The position numbers were made by a program, and so were the translations under genes. A stretch of 61,398 nt of DNA from Saprolegnia diclina VS20. Its lineage: Eukaryota. The stretch is taken from positions 115,496-176,893 of the forward strand of contig NW_008246088.1 of NCBI RefSeq assembly GCF_000281045.1. Direction: 5' to 3'. Below the pieces are notes generated by a model, which saw nothing but the letters and a program-made list of their open reading frames with translations, did no database searches and had not been told where the DNA came from. Positions 22,114 through 34,397 of the stretch are shown in pieces. Positions within the stretch are counted from its first letter, which is position 1, and every line of letters begins with the position of its first letter.

Positions 22114-25100
22114 CTAGCCCCGGAGCTTGTGCACAAAGTTGTGGATCGTGTTGTCGATGCGCTTGAACGGGTGCTTGAGGCAAATCGCAATCTTGTCGGC
22201 AAACTGCGCGTGGGCCTCGACGTCCGTGAGACCTACGAGCCAGCGCTTCGTACCGGCGATGCGCGAAAAACTACGTACTCGTGTCCATGGCTTGCACGAG
22301 GTGCTGGAGGTCCGTGTCGTCCGTGAGCTCGGGCATGCCCGCGGGTAGCATCATGAGCAGCAGCGTCGTGAGCAAATGCGTGTGCTTGCGAATGCTGTTG
22401 AACGCCTCGCCGCACGTCGACACAAACATTTTGTACGTCTCCGCGTCGACGCCGCCGAGCACGTGCGCCATCTCCTTTGTAAAGACAAACGGCGTCTTCT
22501 CGCGCTTGATGTTGAGCTACACGTAGCGCTGCTGATGACGGTTGCGTAGAACTAGTGTCACCTGGTACTTGAAGTGCCCGAGGATGTGTCCAAAGTCAAT
22601 GTGAAAGTACCGACCCGCTGTCGTCATCTGCACAAGAGAGATATCGACTTGTGATTTCGTTGGGGACGTCGTACCATAATGTTGTCATTGTGCCGGTCGC
22701 CAATGCCAAGGACAAAGGTCGCGACGCAGTAGCCGGCGCACGACCGTCGAAAGAGGTCCACAGCCGACGCCAGCGACGTCGGGTCGCGGTTGTGGTGCTG
22801 GATCCAGTCGAGAAAGCTCGCCTCGTGGAGCGGCCCAAAGACGCCGTTCCGGTGATGAATGTCGGCGGTCGTGACGGCCTCCGTGACCACCTCGAGGATG
22901 CCGGTAAACGGTGACGTCGCCACGCACCGATAGGGCTTGAGGCACAGGTCGAGGCCGTCTTCTTGCCAAATCGACTCCATGAGACGAAACATCTCGAGCG
23001 TAAGCTGGTCCTGGCGCACGTCGTCGCCCGCCTTGAAAATGACTTCAATCGGCTCGCCCGTCGGGTCGGCATTCTCAAACACAAGCCAAAGCGGGAGTTT
23101 GGCCGACGACATGACGCGGCACTGGTCCACGAGAAGTGCGCCAACCTCGACGCGCGGGTCGATCGGCAGTTGGTACGACGGAGGAAGGAGTACGTTGAGG
23201 TCCGAGAGCATGTGCCGCAGCTGCACCGTCACCTCGTGCATGCTCGCGTTGGCCTTGAGCTTCTTGACGCGCTTGGCAATGCGGTGGAGCTCGCCTTCGG
23301 GCGAGAAGAGCGCCTCTTGCAGCGATAGAATCGACGCCATAGGCTTGGAGACGACTGCCAGGTACGCGTCGAGCACGAGCCGGAACCGCTCCGACCACCG
23401 CGCCACGTACGTCTCGACCTTGAGCGTCCAAAAGAGAGCAAACCCAATCTGAGACGGGTTCACGAGCGCGCGCTCAATGAGCCACGTCACGAGCTGCGAC
23501 GTCGCGTACGGCTCCCATTTGATGGCTTGGACTAGACAGGAGAGAACGTCCATGAGCCTCAGTCCCGCTAGATCGAGAGGCATAGATCAACGTACCGAGC
23601 TGCGGCAAAATGCTCGCGAGCGTGAGGTCGTCCATAGCACCCATCTTTGTGAGCGCAAAGCGACGCACCGCGCCCATGTGGGCAAACTCGGCGTCCAGGA
23701 GCGCGAGGTACCCGGAAATGTGCGCCGGACTCGACCACTTGGGCAGGAGCTCGAGCATCTCGTTGCGCTGGCTCGTGTCGCTCCACGTCAAGCACGAGAG
23801 CACGCGCGGCAGCACAAAGAAGTGGCTCACAACAAACGACCGGTGGCTCCAGAGCAGAGACTTTTGATAGCTTGAGAGCCGGTAAAGCGGGTCTTGCTCA
23901 ATGAGCGCAAGGAGAGAACTCAAGGCGGCCATGGTCGCGCCCGTCGAGATGGTGTGGGCCATGTACGCCGACGACGACGACGACGTTGATCCCGACGTGT
24001 CGACCGCCATCTCCGAAAGCGACCCAGAGGACGACCAAATCGTCGAGCACGACGAGAGACGCATCGAGCCGCGGACGTTGTTCATAATGTCCTGCGTGTG
24101 CGGAATGCTGAGGCGCTCGTCGGGCTCGGGCTTGTTCATGTCGAGCATGCTGCTGCGCAGCGTCATCGTGTCTTCGAGCCGGCGTTCCCACATCATGTCG
24201 GCCGTCTTTTGAATGACGACCGAGATTAAGTGCATCCAGTCGTCGCGCTCTTGCTTGGTCGGCGCCCGGAGCACAATCGACTTGGTCTTCTGGTACCGTA
24301 ATTGCACCGAGAAGCACCACGTCTGGTACTCCTTTTTTGTGCTCTTGTTGACGGGAAACGACGTGTACGTCTGGTTGAGCTTGTCGGCAGTCGTGACGGT
24401 CGCGCCCGAGAGCGAGACCGAGATGGACCGGATCGAGTGGCGCTTCTCCGACATACAGAGGCAGCACGTGTCGCCGTTGAGCGCAAACCACCGCTCCTTC
24501 CAAACATGCCACGGTCGGGCACTGAGCTTGGCGAGCGGCCCTTCCTTGAGCACTGACGGCTCTGAAATGGTAAAGAACGACTGCCCGAGCATCGAGAGGT
24601 TCGTGTCGCTCAGGCTCGCGCGGATGCTGCTTCGGCGCATCGACGGCGTCGGCGAGTACTTGATGCGGGTCATGGGCGCCGAGCAAAATTCAACCTGCCA
24701 TCCATCGTATGGTTTCCCCCAGCATACAGGACAAGGGTACCTGCATGTAGCCTTGGCCCGCTTCGACGCCGCACGGCAGCGGGCCCGTCGTGAGGTCGGC
24801 CAGGTTGTCGTAGAGCGCAAGGGACCGGTCGCCCTGCACCATCATGCTGTGGACATCAAACAGGTGGCAGCCCGTGCTCGCAATCTTCTCGCAGTGCGCA
24901 TCGTCTGGCCCACGTGATTGACACATTGATACATTTCGATGCATATACCTTTGGCAATCAGATACTGTTTCGAAGCGGCGAACACCGTGCACACGAGACG
25001 GAGCGACCGCGACATTTGCGACGGCAGCAGCGACAGCGGGTACCAAGTGGGCGGTGCAAACTCGGCCGAGCCGCCGTGGGGCGTCAGCTCCGTGAGGTCC

Positions 25101-26305
25101 GTCTCAAAGAGCGAGCTCTCGACGGGCTTGGCGCCGTCCACGAGTTGCAGCCGCACAAAAAGGAACCGGTGAACAATCGGCTTGGCCATGAGCTTGACCT
25201 CGCGCCGGGTTCGGTCGCGGTACAGCGTGGTCGGCGACACGTTGGCAAGCCGGTGGATGCAGAGTTGGAGCGGCTCGTCGACGTCAGCGCTTTTTTGTGT
25301 TGGGCCATCGGGCGACGGCAGGAGGTAGCTCTCGGCGACCGACGCGACGCGCGGCGACAAGAGCGGTGCAAACGCCAGCGGGAGGCTCAGCGGCTTCTTA
25401 TCGAGCGTCGAGACGTGCACAAAGGTGAGTCGGAGCACCTTCTTCTGGAGCTGGCACTCGCGCACCGACTGGTAGTCGACGATCGGGCGTAGCCAGTCGA
25501 GAAAGTAGTCGCGAAACCCCGTGAGCTTGAGCACATACTCGTGCTCGGGGTGCAGGAAGCTCTTCCGGCGGCGCTGCTGGTGAAACAGCAGCAGGAAATG
25601 CCGAATGCACTCGCCGACCGTGGATGTTGGCGACAGCACCGTGTGCAGGTCGCCCGTCTTGGCCGGCGTCGCCTCCATCTACAACGATATGGTGGCGTGA
25701 GATATTTGAGAATTGAGATGTGAGAGGTCGACCTCGAGCTGCTGGATGCGGCGCCGAAAGACGGCGTGGACGCGCTGGTAAGGAATGAAGCGGCAGAGCT
25801 CCGAGATCCAGCGCATGTAATCGGCATCCGTCTCGGCCACGAGCAGCAGTGACGACGTGAGCGTCACGAGCACGATGCCAAAGTGCTCCATCGGCGATGG
25901 CATGACGGTCGAGACGTCGTCGAGCGCCAAGAGCACCTTTTGCTTGGCAATGTCCGACTTGGCGTAGTAGAGAAATTTGTCGCGGATCTCGACAAAGCGG
26001 CGCTTGAGTTTGAGCTTCTTGTCCGTCTGCTGCTTTGTATGCAGGTGGAGCCAGCCGCTCGTACCTCGCGCCGCGCGCGCCGCGCTCGGGCTCGTGGCCG
26101 CGATCGGCGTCGTCATGTGGGCGGGGAACTGCACGATGGACGTGATAAAGTGATCGCTCGCGTAGCGCGACCGGCCCTGGACGTACTGCGGCACGTTGGC
26201 GCGGAGCGTCTGCTCCTCGTCCGAGAGCTGCTTGGCGACGCGGGCGGCGACGACGTGGACGTCGCGGAGGAGCGCGCGGGCCTCGGTCGTGGCCTCCTTC
26301 TGCAT
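22114..26305 (-). CDS. PI3K copy A (divergent; PH-RBD-C2-PH-helical-kinase), about 7 introns
   Basis: PH (GWLHL...RRFVEI), EYVLKLTGFRDY, C2-like region, PH2 (EGPLAKL..WKERWFAL), LPQL, MSSAKLPLWL, FKAGDDVRQD, GIGDRHNDN, HIDFGHILG and KREKTPF. TAG at 22114. Confidence 0.88.
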
Positions 26306-27793
26306 CTCTGGGGCGGCAAGCGGGCGCTCGGGTGATAGGAATTGACACGACGTGTGAATAATATTCGAACCAACGCCGACGAGATTCGTGCCTCTACCAA
26401 GCCGAGCCACAAATAGCACCAAATTGCCAAAAATAACGTCCAATACAACCGTTTGAAACACGGCACCGCCGACGAATGTATGCGAAATGTGGAAGCGAGC
26501 GCGCTCTGTTGACGTCTGTCGGGCCGTAAACGTGGCGCCGCGCCACAATTAACGATTGAGTTTCAGCAAAGATGCATCTCTTATATACCCTTGGTTTCAG
26601 TTTCGGCCGCACAAAAATAGGCGGTGGCGACCGAGTAGCTTGGCGCCATGTGATCCGTGACGAGCCGCCTCGCCATGAAACCGCGTGGTTGAGTTTGAGC
26701 TTCGTGACGCAGCATCCTGTTTCCTGGATAATGAAGAAAGGACGGCTTGCATCGAAACTCAAAACGCAATGGCGAACCGACAGCAGGCGTGTCACGCCCT
26801 CAACCCGCGGATCTCTTCTCAGTGGGGAGAAGACGGCGGCGACAAATCTGGTCAAGAAGGGTCCTTTGCCCCATTTGCGATGAGAAGCAGCAGATTCCAA
26901 GCCTTCGACAGGCCTCATCGTGCGACTGTCTTCTTCCGCTGCTGTCCGTTGAGCAGAGATGTGCACTCCACCGTGTACTGGTGTACGATTGGTGATAGAT
27001 GTTGCTTGTCGGTGGTAGCTACGAGGTAGCCTTGGGATGGTATGCACCAACAAGCGACAAAAATCAAGGACCTTGTCGTTTGACGACGGTAGCTTTTTGA
27101 GGTGGACTCTTTGAGTGGCTCCACTGACGCCAGACCTGACGAAACCGCAAGCTCGTCAAGATGGCCATCATGCGCTGCCTTTTATTTCGATCTAGCAGTC
27201 CTCGGCTGGGAGTTGGCAGGCATGATTTCAGAACGCTGTACCACGACAATTGCGCTGGGCGACGGAGACTGATGACAGAGACTGCTCACTCTGAGACTTG
27301 GTTGTATGGATTCAGACTGACTCGCAACATCTCGGACGTCGCGGCGTAAGACGGCTTGGATGCAGCAAGATTGCTGCAGAAAGCCCCGGTTGGAAAAACG
27401 CTAGCGTCCCAAGACAGCACATGCGGACCCTAAACCACGCGGACACCTGCCAATGAATGCGACCGACTCCGAGAGCTGACTCCGAGGTGGGCATTTTGAC
27501 CTACCCCGCACGTCTCACCCTCCCCCCACAACATGTGCACGACACGTCATACACCCCAGTTCTCGTGTGCCTACATGCCAACAGGCCTGTCAACCCTCAC
27601 ATTTCTTGCGCAAGCGAGATTCGATGGCATTCTCCTTTGGCTTGGTGCAACAACCGAACGCGACTAAAATATTTGCACCATTTTCCGTGAATTTTTCAAA
27701 CGTTGCGTTTCCCTTGATCCTGGTGCAAACTTCAAAAATCAACGTACTCCGGACAGCTCGTACAACGTCGCAGTGACTCTCCACAAGAGAAGA

Positions 27794-28543
27794 ATGGGTC
27801 AACAGAGCACTCCGCCGGCAGCGATCAAGACCGTCGCGTGGCTTCCAATGGGACTCCTGGCCTTGACCTCGTCCCAGGTTGCCACCATCGCGGCCGAACC
27901 GACGTACCCGTGCTTGCGCGGATGCCTCCGCAAGCGCGGGAAGCTACACACGGCGTTCAAGCAGCGGTCGTTCGTCCTTACAGACCGCGTCTTGACGTAT
28001 TCGAAGCGCACGATCTTTGGCAACGACCAGATCCAGGGCACAATTCGGCTGGATACAGTGTCGAGCGTGCGACCGGCCACCGAGCGCACGCTGGAGCTCG
28101 TGACGCCGATGCGAACGTGGAGCCTTCAAGCAGCAACGGACGCCGAGTACGAGGATTGGGTCCGCGCGATCTGCCACTCGGTGCGCTTTGACGTCGTTGA
28201 CCGGTTCTACCGGCGCATGCTGCAGCTCGCAGAAGTGAGTGACGCCGCGCTCAACGCCGTACGACTCGTGGTGCTACCCACGTACACGGTGGGCGAGACG
28301 ATTGAGCACATTTTCGAATGCTTCAAGTGCAAACTCGGCGGTGTGCCACTGCACCCGTACAACGTCAACGAGTACGTGCTCCTGATTGATGACAACGACT
28401 ACTTGGTCGATTGGAGCCAATACTTGGATGGCCACCCGCACGTGCGCGCGTGCTGTGCAACCAAGAAGACACTTTGCCTCACAGTGGTCCCTGCGTCCGA
28501 CGTGCATGGCGACGCGGGGCCGAGCTGTGTGGGCTGGTTCTAG
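27794..28543 (+). CDS. Truncated PI3K paralog B: PH plus RBD-like only (no C2, helical or kinase domain); possible pseudogene
   Basis: 249-aa ORF colinear with the copy C N-terminus (KTVAWLPMGLL, LRKRGK..FKQRSFVL, YRRMLQLAEVS, YTVGETIEHIFEC, HVRAC..TKKTLCL), ending in TAG. No kinase exons seen downstream. Confidence 0.75.
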   Translation: MGQQSTPPAAIKTVAWLPMGLLALTSSQVATIAAEPTYPCLRGCLRKRGKLHTAFKQRSFVLTDRVLTYSKRTIFGNDQIQGTIRLDTVSSVRPATERTLELVTPMRTWSLQAATDAEYEDWVRAICHSVRFDVVDRFYRRMLQLAEVSDAALNAVRLVVLPTYTVGETIEHIFECFKCKLGGVPLHPYNVNEYVLLIDDNDYLVDWSQYLDGHPHVRACCATKKTLCLTVVPASDVHGDAGPSCVGWF

Positions 28544-30029
28544 GAAGTGACAAGCTGCTAACGAGAATCGATTCATATTGATACTGCAAAATGCAAAGCC
28601 TTGATGACCGTAGCGATCCTGATTCACAAGCTCTTGACGAACCCTTGCGCCAGCATGCGTCCGTCAAGTAGCTTGTGCGTACGCTCGACACACAAGCGAG
28701 CTCATCCAGCACTCCATGCATAATAGTCGCACACCCAGTGGTAAAGCTTGTCGTACTGTTGACGAGATGATTGCTGTTGCATATTTCATCTTCTCGACGC
28801 TCGTTTTGCCACGTCATTGGACACGTCGGTCGTCTCGACCGCACGCTGGTTGGATCGTTACCCACATCACGAGCACCTGATGCCGAAATCTACGTGAATC
28901 TACGGTCCTCCTGATTCACCTTGCACATCTGCGACCATATACGTGGCAGCTTGAGAGCGCAGACCGTTACACCTCTCGTCCATCCATTTCCGAACAACTC
29001 ATTTCACAAACCTGTGCAATCATGTGCGACACGGTCGTCTTCATGGAGCGCATGGTGCGGGTGAACCATACGAGCTGCACTGCCGCCACCAATCGTGTTC
29101 CAGTGTGAACCACCGGTTCTGCAATCACCATCGTCGAGGAAGGGACTGATCCGGACTCACGCAGCATAGGGCCACCTGTGCGTCGGACACAGCGCATAGC
29201 ACTTGATCGCACTCGTTTAGCCCGCGGGGGCCGCTACAAGGGTTAAAAGTACAGTCCCGAAGCACCAGTGTTACGCCGCAGCGCATATTATATATACCTG
29301 ACCTTGTATTATCCAAAGAAAACCGCACCCGACGCAGTGGATGACGATGATGGATGCAATACATCAGAGGGGCGCTGGATCCCACGCACAAAGGCTACGG
29401 TAGTGGCCAACGGCAACTTGGTTGATGAGCGTGAAGTCTCGGCTTCCACCTGATGAACGGACGTCCGACCGATCCCCTCTGCCTCGGTTTGTTGATGTTC
29501 TCGCGCACGACATGTCGAGGCTCGTTGGATGCAGCTGGTGTCCTCTGATGACGATTGTGGCGGCTGCGTCGACGGTTCTCGAAGCGCTCGCGTTTCGACG
29601 TGCATCGGCTTCTTCCTCACATATTCAAAAAACTGCCCTTTCTAGTCGCAGCGCCATGTCCATGCATAGTTGTCTGTGCTCACGACGACGACAAAGGAGT
29701 GAGTCTACAGGAGCGTACACAACGAGCGTCCACAGCGAAAAGACGGACGGTCTCTGCCAAAGCAAAGCAACTGGTGTGAATGACGCGCCGGTGGATTGGT
29801 GGGCAGTGGGGTGGATTGTGAAAACTGATTTCTTATCGTATTCTTGCCGAAAAACACGCAACTCTCGGTCGGCCAGCCCGTCGACCGCCACCGACGCGCT
29901 CGACCGAAGCGACGGAATGCGAGGCAAGGCCCCGCGCATGAGGCGTAAGAGAGGTAGGGATATGTGGCCAGCACACTGTGCAGAGCGTGCAACACGAGCG
30001 CGTCTTTTTATGGTCCGGATAAGGACGCA

Positions 30030-30042
30030 CGTATCCGGATGC
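30030..30042 (+). promoter_or_regulatory. Candidate promoter motif CGTATCCGGATGC upstream of PI3K C
   Basis: The same core recurs upstream of PI3K E (55559-55571, minus) and F (56600-56610), and at 16328-16339. Confidence 0.45.
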
Positions 30043-30121
30043 GAGGGTTGTCAGCGTCGTGTCACGGCCGAGGTCAATTTCGATTTGGGGACTGGCTGGG
30101 CGCCTGGACGAGGCAGCGAAG

Positions 30122-33100
30122 ATGGTGTCGAACCAAGAGAGCATGGCCAGCAGCCGGAGCTCGATGTCGAGCTACTCGATGGCCGCCTCCGCGCGGACGC
30201 CGAGCTTCTCCGACCTCAACCCGTTCGCGCACCACGGCCGGCGCGAGTCGTCGCGTTGGCAGCCGGTGCCAGGCCTTGTGCACTCGAAGGAGACGCTGGC
30301 CTTTCGCCAAGCCGTAGGTGAGATCCTCGAGGCAGTCCACGGCCGCGTCTCGCCCGAGACGCTCGAGATCCGCGCCAATACGCCCGAGTATCGCCTCGAG
30401 AAGGACGACTGGCTGGCCCACGCCAACACCAAGATGAACATTACGCCGACGCTCAAGACGGTCGCGCGGCTCCCGATGGGCCTGCTTATTTTGGACCCGA
30501 ACACGTCGGTGCTGCCCGACACGATGGGCGTCGCCTTGGCGGGGTACCTCGAGAAGCGCGGCGAGACCAACACGGCGCTCCAGCGGCGCTACTTTGTGCT
30601 CAAGAACCGCGTCTTGACGTACCACAAGCGCGATCTCTTTGGCCGCGAAAAGCCAAAGGGCAGCATCAAGCTTGACAACGTCTCGTCCGTCCGGCCCGGC
30701 TCGACGGCGCAGACGAACCGCATGATCGAGCTCGTCACGACCGAGCGCACGTGGTACTTGCAGGCCGAGAATGACGGCGAGTACGACGAGTGGGTCCGCG
30801 CGCTCTGCACGTCGGTCAACTTCCTCTCGGTCGACGGCTACTACCGGCGCATGCTGCAGCTCGCGGAGGTGAGCGTCTCGGGCCCGAACGAAGTGCGCAT
30901 GGTCACGCTGGCCAACTACACGGTCGGCGAGACGGTCGAGCACATCTTTGAGTGCTACAACAACATGCTCGACGCGGCGCCACTGCACCCGCACGACCCA
31001 AAGGAGTACGTCCTCAAGATCACGGGCTTCCGCGACTACATGATCGACCGCAACCAAGAAGTGGGCAACTACCAGCACGTGCGCGAGTGTCTCCTCACAA
31101 AGAAGACACTCTGTCTCACGCTCGTGCACCAGAGCAAGATCAAGGAGGCGCTGCTCAAGCGCGTCGACTTGCGCCCGATCGACCTGCTCTCGCGGCCGCG
31201 GGCGTCGACGCGGCCCAACTACACGACGCTCGGCGGCGATTGGACCGATGCCAACAACCAAACCGATGACGCGAGTAGCGTCGGCAAGAGCTGCCACTAC
31301 CGCGAACCGCTCCGGTTCTGCATCAACCGCGTGCTCAACGTGCCGACGTACACGACGCACTTGGCGCGGACGGCGCACGAGATGGGGGTCGAGCAGCGCC
31401 CGCTCTTGTACTCCAACTGCGTCGTGACCATCGAGCTCTACAACGCCGGCTCGCGTCTCGAGCTCGTGGGCGAAACCTCCGACATTCGGCTCAAGGGCCT
31501 TCCGCCGCGTGGCAACCCGCCGGTCAAGTCGCTCATCGGCCTCTGGCTCGAGCCGCGCTGGTTCCGCACCAAGATGAAGATCTGCGAGATCCCGCGCACG
31601 GCGCGGCTCGTCTTGACGCTGTACGGCGTCAGCGTCGGCGCCGGTCGCCCGACTGCCAGCAACAACAACAACGTCGAGCGCGAGCGCATCCTCACGACCG
31701 GCATCAACGTCTTTGATGTCGACGGGCTCATCGTGCAAGGCGAGCAGTACGTGCAGCTGCTCGAAAACTTGTACCAGTGCCACCGCGGCCCCGTGCCGCA
31801 TGTGGTCGACCCCGACATGCCCCTTCTCCACGTACGTATCGACCGCATGCAATGGCGTGTGGTGACGCGATACTGTAGATGTCGCTGGCGCAGTATCACA
31901 GCGAGATCGAATTTGACTGGAGCACGGTCAACGCGAGCGGCGACCTCCAGACCAGTTGTAGCCAGCACCGCCTCTCGTCGATGGAGTCGCTGGAAAAATC
32001 TGGCTGGCTCCGCAAAACTGGCAAAATGCACTCGTTCACGTCGTGGCAGCGCCGGTGGTGCGTGCTCAGCCAAGAGACGGCGACGCTCTCGTACGGTGAG
32101 CTCCAGAACGGCGTCGCCAAGCACCACATCCCGCTCGCGAATGCCGCCATCATCCTCGCCGACGAGCTCAATGAGAAAATCACGTCCGTGCTCACGGTCT
32201 CGACGCGCCGCGAAGAGGAGACGTACGTCTTCAAGGTCAAGCCCGCCGACACGACGCGCGAGTACATCTTTAGCGCCAACAGCCGCCAAGAGCGCCAGGC
32301 GTGGGTGAGCGCGCTGCGTATTCTGGCCAACGCCGAAGTCTCGGACGACGAGCAGAGCCGCAGCAGCGACGCGCGCTCGAGCCCGCGCCGATCGATCACG
32401 TCGCGCATGACCACGTCCCAGGAAGGCCTCGAGCGCGCGCTCGACGAGCTCCGGACGCTCATCGACTTCGACCCGCTGTACCGGCTCAACCCGTTTCAGA
32501 AGAGCATCATGTGGGCGTCGCGCCGCGACTTTATGAACTCATTTGCGTACCTCCCGCGCGTGCTGACGTGCGTCAACTGGTCGAACGCCGACGACATCAA
32601 GGAGATGGTGAGCCTCCTGCCCGAGTGGGCCGACCCGGCCAACCCCGCGGGCTACATTGAGCTCCTCGACATGGAGTTTGCGCACGAAGACGTGCGCCAG
32701 TTTGCCGTCAACAAGCTCGCCAAGATGGCCGACACGACGTTCAGCGTCTTCTTGCCGCAGCTCGTCCAAGCGCTCAAGTTTGAGAACCACCATGCGTCGC
32801 CACTCGCCAAGCATTTGATCGAGCGTGCGATCAAGAACCCCAACCAGATCGGGTTTGACCTCTTCTGGAGCATGAAGGTCGAGTCGTACAACGAGCAGTA
32901 CAAGGAGCGGTACGGCCTTCTCCTCAACACGTACGCGGACGTGTGCTCGACCAAGATGCGCTCGATCCTCGAGCTGCAGGACCAACTCTTCTCGGAAAAG
33001 GGCATCTTTGAGCAGATTTGCCAAGAGATCAAGACGCTGCACCATGCCGGCAAAACCAAGGACGAGCTCAAGGCGGCGCTGCACCAGCGTCTGGACGCCC

Positions 33101-34119
33101 TCAACCAGTCGCTGCCGGCGTCGTACCAGCTGCCGATCGATCCGCGTGTCGAAGTCCGTCGCATCATCGTCAAGAAGTGCAAGATCATGTCGTCGGCCAA
33201 ATTGCCGCTCTGGCTCGAGTTTGAAAATGCCGAAGAAGGCGGTGACCCGGTCATCATTATCTTCAAGGCCGGCGACGACGTGCGCCAGGACTGCCTCACG
33301 CTGCAGCTCATTCGCTTGATGGACGAAATGTGGCGTGACGAAGGCAAGGATTTGGCCATGGAGCCGTACAAGTGCGTCTCGACAGGCCCCATGACGGGTA
33401 TCCTCCAAGTCGTCCAGCACGCCATCACGACCGCGGCGATCCACAAGCGCGGTGGCGGCGTCACGGGCGCCTTCAACGACGCGTCGTTCTACGACTGGAT
33501 TCAGGCCAACAACGGCGCGCCCGACTCACGCAGCTACAAGGCGGCTGTCGAGCTCTTCCAGCGGTCGTGCGCCGGCTACTGTGTTGCCACGTACGTCCTC
33601 GGCATTGGTGATCGCCATAACGACAACATCATGGTACGTCGGCGTCTCCTGCTGCGGGCCGCTCATGCTGTGTGACGTTAGATGACGCAGAAGGGGCGGT
33701 ACTTCCACATTGATTTCGGCCACTTTCTGGGCTTTTCCAAGTATCAATTTGGTATCAAGCGCGAGACGACACCGTTTGTGTTTACGCCCGAGATGGGCTA
33801 TGTGCTCAGCGGCCCCGGCAAGCCCGACGGCAAGCCGATCGGAAAGCCCGACTTTGTGACGTTCCAAGCCATTTGCGGCGAGTCGCTCAACATTGTGCGA
33901 AGGCACTTGCATTTGCTCGTCGCGCTCCTCCTGCTCATGATCCCGGCCGAGATGCCAGAATTGCGCCAGCGCGAAGACATCAACCACATTGTGACGGTGC
34001 TCGCCGCCGACAAGCGCGACGAAGATGTAGCGAGCATGTTTGACACTCTCATTGTGCAGTCCATGAAGAGCACGTTCAAGCGCGTCGACAACGCGCTCCA
34101 CATTTGGAAACATAAATAA
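30122..34119 (+). CDS. PI3K copy C (PH-RBD-C2-PH-helical-kinase), about 1300 aa, 2 introns
   Basis: Removing introns 31832-31878 and 33634-33681 gives a continuous frame. FKAGDDVRQD, DRHNDN and HIDFGHFLG are intact. Confidence 0.93.
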
Positions 34120-34397
34120 GATCAATCTTATTGCATGCACTCTGTCGGTGGATTGTCGAGGGCGCATGGCCGAGGCTCTTGTCGCCTGCGACTCAAGCTT
34201 GCAACTGTCCGTGGCATCGTCCACTTGTACTGAGAGCCTTTGTCCGCTGTGCCCAGTGAACTAGCGGAGTTGAGCGACTCGACGAGCTCCTCGATTCAGA
34301 CAAGGTGGAACCGATTTATCGTTCGTTTTGGGCGTTGGCTCCGGTGGCTCCAAGCGACGTTGGTCGGTTAGTAGTATTCGTTATTTCGAGCGGCAAC

